64,000 nt of DNA from Candidatus Bathyarchaeota archaeon (GCA_963775895.1 CAVZKL010000018.1:32001-96000); one strand, 5' to 3'. Positions 1 to 11,291 are shown, counted from the stretch's first letter. Numbers and translations are program-made. Notes: generated from the sequence alone by a model not told the origin.

Positions 1-293
1 TTTCCTCCTGCAACATTGGTTACGTAAGTAGCCGCGTTTCTCATGCTTGTGAATGTTATCTTTTGTGGAACGGTTCCCGTTCGTACAGTGATGACCAGCC
101 CACTCACAGTCACGGTGCCCGGCTTACCGACCCCTGGCACAAACCCAGGGATATTCATGACTATTAACACAGCTGCAATGACCCCGATAATCACGATTAC
201 CCCAATTACGACATTCCTGCCAGTATGCGAGACCTTAGCATTGGTTACTGGTGAAGGTGGCGGGGGTGGTTCGTATGTTCTTATAGAAAACAT
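1..293 (-). CDS. Membrane-anchored hypothetical protein, 5' part (runs off window)
   Basis: Manual translation MFSIRTYEPPPPPSP...NVVIGVIVIIGVIAAVLIVMNIPG: Pro-rich N-terminus plus TM helix, open to window edge. Confidence 0.6.
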   Translation of the reverse strand, partial: MFSIRTYEPPPPPSPVTNAKVSHTGRNVVIGVIVIIGVIAAVLIVMNIPGFVPGVGKPGTVTVSGLVITVRTGTVPQKITFTSMRNAATYVTNVAGG

Positions 294-621
294 TTTCTTC
301 TCATGCACCGATGTGTTAGCATACTCTAAATAAGTTTAGCGGGTTACACGCAATCGCAGAAAGCGCGCGTCGAAGACCAATCAACCACGACCGCCCCCGC
401 GAGCGCTTTTGCTCGACTCGTGCGCGATGGCAGAAGTCTCCATCGCAAACGAAAGCTCTGACGTGGAAACTAGCAACTTTGAAAATTATCGATAGCTTGT
501 AGTCACATGGAGTAACTAGTGGAGACGTCTCCCACACAATTCCCCCTCCTTTTTTTATTTGAAGGCGTTTGCTGGCTTGTGCAGGGTTCTAGTTAACAAT
601 ATTAGACGGGGAAGCTCTATT

Positions 622-3075
622 ATGGTTGGGAGGATGGAGGCTGGAAAGGCTGTGAGGCTGTTTCTAGTCTTGTTCTGCGTTTGCATTCTGTTTGTCTCTT
701 GTTACTTGCCTGCAAGTTCATATTCACGGTCGTCTATCGACACGAGCAGGTTCGTTGAAGGAACGACGGCTTGGGGTCCCTACGACGCTGATCCAGGAAT
801 TGCCTACGATGTTCAGAGCGGAGAACTGATATTCAACACGTACCAGAACCTGATCGCCTTCAACGGCGAGCAGTACTACGGTTTTGTTCCGCAGCTGGCG
901 ACGAACGTTCCGACACTGCAGAACGTGACGATGACGGTGACTAACACGTCAGCAGTCGTCATCGGTGGAGACGCGATGGTACCACTTGGACGGACGGAGT
1001 GACAAACTACACCGTGGTCTGGTGGACGGACGAGTTCGGGGATGGTTTCCATCAGGGTGACGTAATCACTCTGAGTCCAGGCTACATGACACTTGGACGG
1101 TTGACAGCCTCACTGGCACGTCGGCTGATAACGTTGGGCCTGTGGCATGGGCAGTACGTGTTCAACATCGACACAACCCACAACATCTACTTCTACGACA
1201 ACAATGGCAACCACGTTGGCAAGTTCAACGTCACTGACGCAGCCTACTCGCTGCAGAGGTACCTCGTCATGGACGTGCCAGGTCAGCCGATATGGATGTT
1301 CGACAAACCGCTGTTCGACCTCGCAGACCACACTGGTTTCACGAATGATACTGCGATGGTTCTGGCGAACATGATAAACGCCGCAGTCGTTTCTGACACT
1401 GTCGCCAACACGCTGACGATAAACGTTGGCTGTCACTTCCCTGACAACGCCTTCAAGCAGATATTGTCGAGCACTTGGAGTGCCATCGGAAGCATGAACA
1501 ACACGATCGCGATCGGAGGCTGGAACGGGAATCTGTTTGACACTTCTAAGTATGGCGGTCCATTTCCTGACTGGTGGATCGACTGGGCTGGACAAGGTAA
1601 CGGAACAAACTACTCGACAGATCCGTCAGACCAGCTGCTTCCATCAGTGTACGTCGGCACAGGACCATACCACATCGTGACAATCGACGAAGCAAACAAC
1701 AAGGTGGTCATGCAGAGGAACCCGGACTTCTGGATGGGCTGGCCTGCAGCCAGGATGTAACGGTGTCTCTGGACACGATTGAAATAGACTACATCGCAGA
1801 CTGGTGGACGAGGAAGGCTGACTTTTTGGCCGGTTCAATCGATACTTGGCAGGTTCCAACGGTCTACCAGTTCGAGCTGCTTGACAACCGAACAAAGCAA
1901 CCGATCATCCCGCAGATAGAGACAGTCAAGAATCTTCCGCAACTGCATCGGAGATGTACATGTTCGACTTTACCATCAACAGCTCAAGCCCGTACATCGG
2001 AACTGGAAGCCTTCCAAACGGCATACCCCGGACTTCTTCAACAACACGCACATCAGAAAAGCGTTCGCCTACTCTTTCAACTGGTCAACTTTCGATGCGG
2101 AAGCGTACTTCGGAGAGTCATGCTACCGAAACAACTTTCTGATCCAAGGCTTGTACCCAGACTACTACAGCTACGGTACGCCCGCCTAGGCTACTACGAG
2201 AGCCTGACAACGCCGAAGCCGAGTTGAAAGCAGCGATCTTCGACGGACGAGCGTCTGGGACAGCGGTTTCACCCTCACATTGCCCTACCCTACTGGACAA
2301 AATCCTCAGATTCATATCCCTGCACTATGATCGTTGATTTCTTCTCGACGCTCAGCACTTTCGACGGCACGAACAGGCAAACCCGCTTTCAATAGTCGTT
2401 CTCGAAGAAATCGACTGGACCACTACAATAAATGGTATGACGCAGAGGCTGCTTCCGATGTTCGACAATAAATGGCTCGCTATTCGAACCCTTGGGAGGA
2501 GGCACAAACTTCGCGGACGCTGATGAATTCGCACGTCCATACATGCACAGCAGTGGTTTTTTCGCGTACTACGAGAACTACACTGCTGCCAACGGTTGGG
2601 GCAGTCTAAAAGATCAGTTGGTCGACCAAGCAGCCTTGACGCCTGACGGTCCCGCAAGACAGAGCTCTGTACGATCAGCTGCAGCTGATCTTCTACAACG
2701 ATTGCCCAAGCTTTCCAGTCAACAACCCTCTGGCAGGTTCTGGTGTCAGTACTGGGTCAAAGGATGGTACTACAACGCGATGTATCCAGCGACTTCTACT
2801 TACACGATGTGGAAGGGGACAACCCCTGGTACGACGTCAGCGGCAGCACGCCAGGAATCTCGGACGGCGTTGTCAACATGAAAGACATAGCCTACCTCAT
2901 CGCTCACTTCAACGCCAAAGCACCAGTTCCAGGCCAGCCGCCAGATCCGAAGTGGGTAGGCGTGTACGGTGCAAACGGTTGCGTTGACCCGTTCGGAGAC
3001 CGCGTTTGCAACATGAAAGACATTGCAGGCGCAGTAATACACTTCAACCATCACGCGAACACAGGCACACCGTGA
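622..3075 (+). CDS. Family-5 (oligopeptide) ABC substrate-binding protein with C-terminal dockerin-like repeats; heavily frameshifted
   Basis: Fragments carry signal peptide, DPGIAYD..SGELIFNTYQNL, GTGPY, YADADEFARPYMHS, WVKGWYYN and duplicated DG.VNMKDI motif across at least 6 ORFs. Confidence 0.8.
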
Positions 3076-3167
3076 CTCTGAGTTATTCACAGAGATTTTT
3101 GCTACAGCTGAAAACTTCGCCGACATCTGAAACAGTAAAGCGCGTCCTATAGTCACAACTTGTGAGG

Positions 3168-3443
3168 TTACTCTTGCAGGGCAGCAAAGAATTTGCGCAT
3201 GCGTTTGAACGTTTCCAAGTATTCAAGCCCCCATTTCGTGGCTCGATACTTCTTAGAATCCTCCAACTGTACTTCGGTGATGAAACCATGGGCCATTAGA
3301 AAGTTGAGTTCTTTCTTGGTTCGGTCAACGGGCATGTTGGCTCCGTAAGAGACTCGAGTTAGTGAACAAAGTCCTTTTCTGGCGATTATATCAACTATGT
3401 CTGCGTAGATGTCGTACTTTGTTCTTCGCCGTTCCTCAGACAC
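3168..3443 (-). CDS. Winged-helix transcription regulator (archaeal HTH_45-like)
   Basis: RRRTKYDIYADIV...TRVSYGANM...YRATKWGLEYL pattern; GTG start at 3443. Confidence 0.8.
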   Translation of the reverse strand: MSEERRRTKYDIYADIVDIIARKGLCSLTRVSYGANMPVDRTKKELNFLMAHGFITEVQLEDSKKYRATKWGLEYLETFKRMRKFFAALQE

Positions 3444-3509
3444 GTCAGAGTCTCCGAACCCATTACTATTAAATTCTTGCAGGCTTAATCTTAATTTCGG
3501 TGAACAAAA

Positions 3510-4331
3510 ACGCATTCCAGAACTCACAGTCCGTCTCAATATCATATTGGTTGCAAGAAAGGTGACCTTGCCAAGTATCTGATCGTTCCCGGAGACCCTG
3601 ATCGAGTCCCAAAGATCGCTCAATCATGGGATTCAGTCAGGGAGATCGGGGCTCACCGTGAGTTTCGGAGTTGCACAGGAGAGTACAAGGGTGTCGCTGT
3701 TTCTGCGCTTTCCAGTGGAATTGGCCCAGCCTGCATGGCTATCGCGGTGAACGAAGCAGCGAACATCGGAGTGAAAACGTTCATTCGGGTGGGCAGCACG
3801 GGTGCTATTCAACGAAACATCAGGTGTGGCGACGTGATAATATCCACTGCCGCGGTGCGTCTGGATGGCACGAGCAACTGTTACGTGATTCCCGAGTTTC
3901 CAGCCGTGGCAAGCTATGAAGTTGTCATGGCACTGATCACAGCGGCGGAGGAATTAGGAATAATCAATTACCACGTTGGAATAACCGCAACAACAGCTGA
4001 TTTCTACGCAGGACAGAACCGCTGCTCCCCAGCAGGCCATCTTCCCTTAATGGACAACTTGATGCCGATGCTTCAGAGGGCCGGTGTGTTGAACTTTGAG
4101 ATGGAAACGGCGACTCTCTACACGCTGGCTGAGCTTTTCGGGTTGAGAGCAGGCGCCGTATGCGCCGTGTACGCAAACAGGTGTACAGACGAGTTCGAGG
4201 CGGGGGCTGGAGAGGAGAACGCTATTAGGATAGCGAACGAAGCTGTCAAGATACTGAGCGGTTGGGACGCAACGAAGAGAAAGAGGAGAAAACGGTGGCT
4301 CTTCCCGTCTATTGTTTGCCAAGGACAGTAG
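3510..4331 (+). CDS. udp: Uridine/nucleoside phosphorylase
   Basis: QYHIG, VPGDPDRV, HREF, SSGIGP, IRVGSTG, NFEMETA motifs; frame open upstream of 3735 to an ACG at 3510. Confidence 0.9.
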   Translation, partial: THSRTHSPSQYHIGCKKGDLAKYLIVPGDPDRVPKIAQSWDSVREIGAHREFRSCTGEYKGVAVSALSSGIGPACMAIAVNEAANIGVKTFIRVGSTGAIQRNIRCGDVIISTAAVRLDGTSNCYVIPEFPAVASYEVVMALITAAEELGIINYHVGITATTADFYAGQNRCSPAGHLPLMDNLMPMLQRAGVLNFEMETATLYTLAELFGLRAGAVCAVYANRCTDEFEAGAGEENAIRIANEAVKILSGWDATKRKRRKRWLFPSIVCQGQ

Positions 4332-4376
4332 TGTGTGGATAAAGCTAAAAGGCGCAGTTCAGAAGTTCTAAGCAGT

Positions 4377-4508
4377 GCCGGGGTGGCGGAGTGGTTATCG
4401 CGCTGGCCTCGAGATCATGTCAAGAGGAAAGTGGGCCTAGGCATACAATGACAAGTCAGCCAGTGGGCCTTTGGGCTCGCAGGGGTTCGAGTCCCTTCCC
4501 CGGCGCCA
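4377..4508 (+). tRNA. tRNA-Ser(CGA) with 44-nt intron at 37/38 (4414-4457), encoded CCA
   Basis: GCCGGGG/CCCCGGC acceptor stem, CTGGC/GCCAG anticodon stem, long variable arm, GGTTCGAGTCC T-arm. Confidence 0.93.
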
Positions 4509-4709
4509 TTTTATCACCAGCATGAAGGGAATGGATGTTCATGCATCTAAAGAATTCCGATTGAGGAATGTACTCTTTGGGAGTGTTCCCAAGAAGCTAT
4601 TAACAGGCGGATCACATACGTTGCAACCTACGTAAATGGGAAAACTATCCTTCCAATGTCTCCGAGAAAGTTCCTCAAAGACCTTGCGAAACAGCGTTAT
4701 TCTTGCAAT

Positions 4710-5205
4710 TCACTCTTTCCGTGTTTTGAGGGGTATTTCCGTCGTTTCCTTGCAAGTCTCGAAGACCATGCATGTGAGAGTCTTTTCGATTCCCCTGACA
4801 AACCGTAGCTTATCAATAACGAATTGTCCTATCGAGTAAACGCTTTCTGCTCTGAGCTTTATCAGGAGGTCCCAGTCGCCCGTGATTATGTGAACCTCTT
4901 GAACCTCAGGAAACCTGGATATTTCCGCCGCTCTTTCTCTCTGCGAAAAAGGCTTCTCCTCATTCCTTACCCCGTAAGTTACGGAGGCAAGAATAAAGGC
5001 TGTGGTGCCGCAATCAAGTTTCTTTGGATCCAAGAACTGCTCTGTACTCTTTTATGACCCCCCGCTCTTCCATGCGCTTTATCTTCGCGAAAACGGTTGT
5101 TATTGGCGAATCAATTTTTCTGGCAATCTCCCTTGCAGTGAGCTTGCAGTCTCTTTGAACAAGAGCCAAGATTGCTATGTCTTTCTCGTCGAGTTTCGCT
5201 TCCAT
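4710..5205 (-). CDS. Lrp/AsnC family regulator (one frameshift near 5020)
   Basis: LDEKDIAILALVQRD..TAREIARK HTH in 5014-5205; EVHIITGDWDLLIK ligand domain in 4710-5033. Confidence 0.9.
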
Positions 5206-5369
5206 AGCTGTAATTATTACATCTTCTGCTATAAAAAACTAACGTTTTCTGAAAAATTTCCAATTTTTGTTATAAAAAGTTTATTTTCCAGTACGCGCAC
5301 TTCTACACGCATTAACATTGGTCAATCTGGAAGTGTTCACAAGACATGCTGAAATCAAAAGGTGATTGG

Positions 5370-6359
5370 ATGAGTGAAAAACGTTTCAGCCCGCAGAGAA
5401 GTCTGACGATTGGTGAGTTGCCGAGGCCCTTGGAGGAATTGTCTGAAGACGAAATTCAAAGAAAACATTGCATCAGCAAGATAATGACTTGCACTCTGAA
5501 ATGCCTCACTCAAGAGTTTACCGACAACGACTTCGAATGGTTGCTGCCAGTCATTCTTTCCCAGTCAACCGACCCCCTGTGGCCAGACTCATGTGCATCC
5601 ATTGAGAAACGCGTTGAGGTCGAAATCTACGGAAAAACAGTCAGAACGACGACAAGCATGATAGTTCACAAGATGGTTGCCTGCTCCTTAGCCGTTCCAA
5701 AGCTATTCATACTCTCTCCGAACGTAAGGATAGAAAAAAGCGAAAGAGCAGCTACTGGAATGCACGCCTACGAGTTCACACAACTTGACTTCGAGGTTAG
5801 AAACACCACATCACAGGATATCAGAAACTTTGTTGAAAGAACTGTCCAGCGATTGATAGATAGTTTGAAAACGAACATGAAGGATGAGCTAATCTCTCTC
5901 AGAAAACATGATGGTTTGAGAACACCAAGAATCCCCTTCAAAGTCTACGATAAGGCAGAACTCGAAGAAGACTATGGAAAAGAATGGGAACCTCAAATTC
6001 TATCTGAAACCGAGGATCCTGTCTGGGTGACCAACATTCCCCGAGAATTCTACGATTTTGAGGATGCCAAGAGCGGCAAATGGGACAACTACGATCTATA
6101 CTTGCCAGGATACGGAGAGGTCTTGTCCGGTGCGAGAAGAGAGTTCGAATACGCCAAGCTTAGCGGAAAAATGGAGAGAGATGGCGTAAGAAAGGAGAAC
6201 TATAGGCTGCTGCTGAAACTCGCAAAAGAGGGAAGATTGAAGCCGACAGCCGGCGCGGGAATAGGTATAGAAAGACTAGTAAGCTGGATAGTTGGGGCCA
6301 AACATGTTGGAGAAACACAAGTGTTTCCCAAGGTACCAGGGGCAATCTATGATTTGTAG
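5370..6359 (+). CDS. asnA: Archaeal asparagine synthetase A (AsnRS catalytic-core paralog)
   Basis: TDPLWPD, SMIVHK, SPNVRIEK, HAYEFTQLDFE, GEVLSGARRE, AGAGIGIERL; no anticodon-binding domain. Confidence 0.9.
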   Translation: MSEKRFSPQRSLTIGELPRPLEELSEDEIQRKHCISKIMTCTLKCLTQEFTDNDFEWLLPVILSQSTDPLWPDSCASIEKRVEVEIYGKTVRTTTSMIVHKMVACSLAVPKLFILSPNVRIEKSERAATGMHAYEFTQLDFEVRNTTSQDIRNFVERTVQRLIDSLKTNMKDELISLRKHDGLRTPRIPFKVYDKAELEEDYGKEWEPQILSETEDPVWVTNIPREFYDFEDAKSGKWDNYDLYLPGYGEVLSGARREFEYAKLSGKMERDGVRKENYRLLLKLAKEGRLKPTAGAGIGIERLVSWIVGAKHVGETQVFPKVPGAIYDL

Positions 6360-6477
6360 GGTGGACCGATGAAGACGGCACTCATCGTTCACGCAGGAGA
6401 GATAATATTAATAGTTGGTATCAAAAGATTTGGTTGAAATCGGAGACTGCCTTTATCTCCAATTTCAGAGGGATCTT

Positions 6478-6822
6478 ATGAAGAAACTCTATGTTTGTGG
6501 GAGTTTCAAGTTCATGCGTGAGATGGAAGGATTGGGGCGCAAGCTCAAGGAGGAGAACATTCAATTTCAGATATCAAAGGAAATGGACAGTCGCGGGATT
6601 ATGGGATGTCTAAAGAAAATCGATGATGCAGATGTTGTTTACGTCGTTAACCCGGAAGGCTACATTGGAAAGAGCGTGTCCGTTGACATAGGATACGCCT
6701 ACGCAAGAAACAAGCCAGTTTATGTCATGCATCCAGTGGATGACCCGCCAGTAATGGACTTGATACGTGGTGTCTTGTCTCCAAAAGCGTTAATCGCCTT
6801 TCTCAAGGAAGGCTCCCACTAG
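6478..6822 (+). CDS. Nucleoside 2-deoxyribosyltransferase-like fold protein
   Basis: KLYVCGS...KIDDADVVYVVN..GYIGKSVSVDIGYAYARNKPV. Confidence 0.6.
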   Translation: MKKLYVCGSFKFMREMEGLGRKLKEENIQFQISKEMDSRGIMGCLKKIDDADVVYVVNPEGYIGKSVSVDIGYAYARNKPVYVMHPVDDPPVMDLIRGVLSPKALIAFLKEGSH

Positions 6823-6837
6823 AGTGAGCTGAGAAAC

Positions 6838-7149
6838 TCATTGACGACTGTTCTCGAATTTTTCCCACTTTTCAATCTCCACATCCAATTTTCTTTTAAC
6901 CGCTTTCCACAAGTCAACTCCACAGACTTTAGCACATGTAAAAGTGGTAATCACGATGTCTGCGAGTTCATCGCTCAGCTTTGTCTTGATCTCACTGGCA
7001 CCATAGTTTTCCCTTCTGAGCCCTGTTAGCTTAAAAGCTAGGCTTATTGCTTCTCCAGTTTCTTCAGCTATCTTTGCAGCTTGAAAGACTGGATGCTTCA
7101 GTGGAGCCTTATCAAAAAGCTTAAACAATCTCTCAAACTCGTCGTCCAA
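6838..7149 (-). CDS. MazG-like NTP pyrophosphohydrolase
   Basis: KIAEETGEA...ELADI...DLWKAVKRK all-alpha MazG signature. Confidence 0.8.
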   Translation of the reverse strand: MDDEFERLFKLFDKAPLKHPVFQAAKIAEETGEAISLAFKLTGLRRENYGASEIKTKLSDELADIVITTFTCAKVCGVDLWKAVKRKLDVEIEKWEKFENSRQ

Positions 7150-7212
7150 ATCGCGCGCGCAAGACTTTACGACGAATGGCTACAGAACCAAACGAAATAG
7201 CATGGCGCGCAG

Positions 7213-7401
7213 TTACCTGCTGATTCTGACGGTGGCAAGAGTCTTCAAAGGCTTGCTTTCTTGGGAGATTCTCACTAGCTTAACGGCCAGTCTGTCTATT
7301 GCATATTCCGCAGCTTGCTTGGCTTCTCTTCTGGTTGCGTACTCCCTTTTCAGCTCGATCCATGGCAGCGTTTCGTCGATTCTTATCCATACGGTGTACA
7401 A
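7213..7401 (-). CDS. Small hypothetical protein
   Basis: 62-aa ORF with GGTGA RBS upstream. Confidence 0.6.
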   Translation of the reverse strand: MYTVWIRIDETLPWIELKREYATRREAKQAAEYAIDRLAVKLVRISQESKPLKTLATVRISR

Positions 7402-7608
7402 GCGGTTTCACCAACTACCGACAAACGTTGATCTGAAGTGATTAAAACAGTTATGAATTCAGAGTAGTGATCCAAAATCAACGTGTCAATTGAACGCACG
7501 CGTGAATGCTTGAGCTCTCTATTGGTAATCGTTGGTTACTTCGGATACTAATTCTGACTGCATTAATACTATAAGGGGCAAGGTCAGATTGTTAGATGAG
7601 GATACATA

Positions 7609-7995
7609 ATGCCAAAAAGGAAAGAGCTTCCGAGGGAAGATCAGACCTTCACATGTTCAAACTCTGCTTGCAGTCTCGTCTTTTCCAAGCCCATCAAGGT
7701 CATCAACTTGCGTGCCGCAAACACGGAGCCCTACGATGCGTGTCCTCGGTGCTTTACTGAGCTTGTTATCGAAAGCAAGCCCGCGACTGATAAAAGGCAG
7801 AAACTCGACGTAGAGGCAGCCGAAGTCGAGATCAAACCTGAATCTCATGGCAAGAAAGTTGAAGAGGAACCCACGGTCAAGTGTGCACATCACTTTGGTT
7901 ATCTGAGTGAACGTTCAAGGAATGAACAGATACCTGATGAATGCGTGACATGTGAACACATAGTGAACTGCATGCTCAAGGGTATGAGCAAATAG
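7609..7995 (+). CDS. Hypothetical zinc-binding protein
   Basis: CSNSAC/CPRC and C.HHFGYL..CVTC..C clusters; GAGG RBS. Confidence 0.7.
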   Translation: MPKRKELPREDQTFTCSNSACSLVFSKPIKVINLRAANTEPYDACPRCFTELVIESKPATDKRQKLDVEAAEVEIKPESHGKKVEEEPTVKCAHHFGYLSERSRNEQIPDECVTCEHIVNCMLKGMSK

Positions 7996-8084
7996 TTCAA
8001 ACGTTTTCGACCCGTAGAATGCAGTTTAAATAGAATGGGTTTGTTCAAAGCAAAAAAAGATTAGGGCTTAGCTATCTCTGTCCT

Positions 8085-8441
8085 TCACTTTTTCTTCTCG
8101 GGCTTCTTTGGCTCTTCCTTGGGCTCTTCTTTCACAGCTTCTTCGGCTGGCTTCTCTTCAGTCTTCTTCTCTTCTGTTTCTATTTCGCTTGTGATTTCTT
8201 CGATTGGTTTCGGCGGCGGTGTAGTAGCCATTGTCCAACCAATCCATGCGCCGATGCCCATTATAGCGATGAATGCGACGAGAACTGGGACAGCAACGAT
8301 CCAGAATCGGATGCTATCCTGGTCTGTGAGGTTGAAGTAGCTGAGCCATTGGGGATAGAACAGTGTTACGACGTAGAACAGGCCAACGATTGCGCAGACG
8401 ATGAAGATTAATCCACCTATAGCTTGATCTTTACTGACCAT
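8085..8441 (-). CDS. Two-TM membrane protein with Pro/Glu/Lys-rich tail
   Basis: MVSKDQAIG..., two hydrophobic helices, WIGWTMATTPPPKP. Confidence 0.75.
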   Translation of the reverse strand: MVSKDQAIGGLIFIVCAIVGLFYVVTLFYPQWLSYFNLTDQDSIRFWIVAVPVLVAFIAIMGIGAWIGWTMATTPPPKPIEEITSEIETEEKKTEEKPAEEAVKEEPKEEPKKPEKKK

Positions 8442-8510
8442 TGATATCACCACATGATAGCCAAGTTTATCTCTGTGATACCTTTTAAAGTTTACCATGA
8501 TTGGCAGGCT

Positions 8511-9767
8511 TTATGTTGTGCCTGATTCCCATGTGCGCAGATATTTCTTCTGTTCTTTCGTTAATGCGTCTATTTTGATTTTCATTGATGCGAGTTTCAG
8601 TTTTGCCACTTCTTCATCGATTTCTCTGGGCACCTCATAGACTTTAGCGTCAAGTTTCTGGCTCTTGGCGATGTGTTCAACGCAAAGTGCTTGGTTCGCG
8701 AATGACATGTCCATAACTTCCGATGGGTGTCCTTCGGCTGCAGCCAAGTTGACGAGTCTCCCTTCGGCCAGCAGGTACAGTCTCCGCCCATCTTTGAGAG
8801 TGTATTCGTCAAGGTTGGGCCGGATGTTTCTCTTCTTTACCGAGATTTCTTGAAGGTCATTTTGATCTATCTCCACGTTGAAGTGACCACTGTTAGCCAT
8901 CACGGCGCCGTCTTTCATCTTTTCCATATGCTCTCTTCTTATGATGCTGGTGTCGCCTGTTGCTGTCACGAAAATGTCGCCCACCGCTGCGGCTTCGGCG
9001 ATGGGCATGACTCTGAAACCGTTCATTGCGGCCTCGAGTGCTCGTAGGGGATTTGCTTCGATTACGATGACGTTTGCTCCCATGCCCTGGGCTCGCATCG
9101 CTATTCCTCTTCCGCACCAGCCGTAACCGCAGACTACGAAGTTCTTTCCAGCTAGGAGGATGTTTGTGGCTCTCATTATGCCGTCCAACGTGCTTTGTCC
9201 TGTGCCGTAACGGTTGTCAAACAGGTACTTTGTGTAAGCATCGTTGACAGCTATTATCGGGTACTTGAGGGCTCCATCCTTCTCCATGGCTCTCAATCTC
9301 AGAACGCCAGTTGTTGTTTCCTCCGTGCCTCCTTTGATTCTGGGCAGAACTTGCTTTCTTTTGCTGTGAAGAGTGCTGACTAGATCTGCGCCATCGTCAA
9401 GAGTTATGGACGGGGCGAGGTCAAGCACTCTTTCAACGCACCAGTAGTATTCCTCAGTGTTCTGACCTCTCCAAGCGAAAACGCTGACACCTCTCTTTGC
9501 CAAAGCCGCTGCCACATCATCTTGCGTCGACAATGGATTAGAGCCGCACAACGCCATTTTGGCACCTCCAGCCAGAAAAGTTTCAGCCAGTACACCCGTC
9601 TCCTTCGTGACGTGAAGACATGCGCCTAGGGTCAAACCTTTCAGAGGCTTGTTCTCGCTGAATCTCTTCCTCACCTGAGCTAGAACAGGCATGTGCATCG
9701 ATGCCCATTCAATCTGCAACTCTCCGTTAGAAGCCAAACTTGGATCTTTGACTTTGAATTTTTCCAC
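8511..9767 (-). CDS. ahcY: Adenosylhomocysteinase
   Basis: [40 protein letters not shown]. Confidence 0.98.
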   Translation of the reverse strand: MEKFKVKDPSLASNGELQIEWASMHMPVLAQVRKRFSENKPLKGLTLGACLHVTKETGVLAETFLAGGAKMALCGSNPLSTQDDVAAALAKRGVSVFAWRGQNTEEYYWCVERVLDLAPSITLDDGADLVSTLHSKRKQVLPRIKGGTEETTTGVLRLRAMEKDGALKYPIIAVNDAYTKYLFDNRYGTGQSTLDGIMRATNILLAGKNFVVCGYGWCGRGIAMRAQGMGANVIVIEANPLRALEAAMNGFRVMPIAEAAAVGDIFVTATGDTSIIRREHMEKMKDGAVMANSGHFNVEIDQNDLQEISVKKRNIRPNLDEYTLKDGRRLYLLAEGRLVNLAAAEGHPSEVMDMSFANQALCVEHIAKSQKLDAKVYEVPREIDEEVAKLKLASMKIKIDALTKEQKKYLRTWESGTT

Positions 9768-9969
9768 GAGTTTTCACCGTTTACGTTCTTCGTTGATACT
9801 ATTTAAGGCTAATTCACAGACGTTCCAGTGTTCAACTAACTTCATGCAAAGAGCAGTGTTCATTGCTTCCCCTCTAGTTTTTCTTCTTCGGCTATTTCAC
9901 GCATGTCGCGCGTGTCGTATCGCTACACTTTTAACCCGTGATGGCTAACTCTTGGTTCTGGTGGTCTTG

Positions 9970-11059
9970 TTGGTTGAATTGAAGCTTGAAAGAGTGGAGG
10001 AGTACCTCTCGGACGTTTACAAGACAGCTGTGAAAGTCTTGCGAATCGTTCCTCTCAAGGACGGTCAAGCTGCTGATCTGAAGGGTTTCGGTTATGGCGC
10101 ACCTTACACAATCGAGTTTACCGTTGAAAATCAGACTAGGCTATGCGTTCTTGAGACGTTGCGTCCAGGAATCTTCGGCCACGATCACTTTGCAGACAGA
10201 GCTGGGATCCTGCTCTGGCAGTATTCAACCTTCAACAAACTGCCCAGGCACGTTCATTCTATAGATGTGGGCTCGTTCTTGAGCGATGGTGAATCATTGA
10301 AGTCTTTGGGCGATTGCGTCGAGTATCTTTCTTTTGACGGATTTCGTTCAAGGATCGCTGTATCACCTGGATCTTGATAGGATCGCACAAACGTGTGAAG
10401 TCATCGATCTTGACGAGGAGAGGTGTGTTGCCTTGGCAGATTATCTTGCTGAAATTCACTCAGTGAAGAATGCGGATGCGCCTCAACTCTATTTTCGCAG
10501 GATTCGTGACCTTCTTGGTCACGGTGAAGGAATATTCGGACTGACTGACAGCTACCCGACCAACTTGGGGTACGTTAACGAGAAATCCTTGGTCGAGTTT
10601 GAGAAGCGATGCTTGGAGTGGCGCTGGCGTCTGAAGCACAAAGCTCAAAGACTTTCGCAAGTGCATGGAGACTTTCACCCATGGAACATAATGTTCACGC
10701 AGGGTAACGAATTCACGGTGCTGGATCGAAGCTGGGGTGAGTGGGGCGAGCCTGCTGACGACGTGGCCACACTGACGATGAACTATGTCTTCTATTCTTT
10801 GCGGGCTTTCGGCGAGATGAACGGACCATTCGGAAGATTGTTTGCTCTCTTCTGGAAGAACTACTTGGACAGAACAGGAGATGACGAGATATTGAAAACG
10901 GTTCAACCATTCTACGCTTGGCGGAGTCTGGTGCTGGCTTCACCCCTCTGGTATCCAAATTTGTCTGTGGACGTTAGAAAGAAAATTCTCCGGTTCGCAG
11001 AGAAAATCATCAGCTGCAAGGAGTTTGAATTCGAAAGTGTTGAATCTTACCTGAAATAG
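9970..11059 (+). CDS. Aminoglycoside phosphotransferase (APH/choline kinase) family protein, frameshift near 10330
   Basis: VHGDFHPWNI, VLDRS.GEWGEPADD kinase motifs. Confidence 0.8.
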
Positions 11060-11171
11060 TGTTCAGAACGTTCTCCTCGTTGACTAAGGGAATATTGAAA
11101 GCGTATATCGACCGCTGGACTAAAGCTTAAATAGAGTCCGAAGCAAGGCTTTTCTGGATGCGGGGTCAAAC

Positions 11172-11291
11172 TTGACTGTAGAGTCTATTGATGACCTTGA
11201 ACGGCGTTTGAGAGAGATGGGCTATTCGCGTGGTGCGGTTACTGAAATATTGAAATGGTACCGAGAGAAGGATTCTTCTGGGGCAGAATGA
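11172..11291 (+). CDS. 39-aa small protein missed by ORF track
   Basis: TTG start after GGGG RBS; MTVESIDDLERRLREMGYSRGAVTEILKWYREKDSSGAE; ATGA overlap with next gene. Confidence 0.6.
   Translation: MTVESIDDLERRLREMGYSRGAVTEILKWYREKDSSGAE

Noticed and set aside
4509-7160. Integrated element at tRNA-Ser
   Set aside because: No duplicated tRNA 3' end or integrase found downstream
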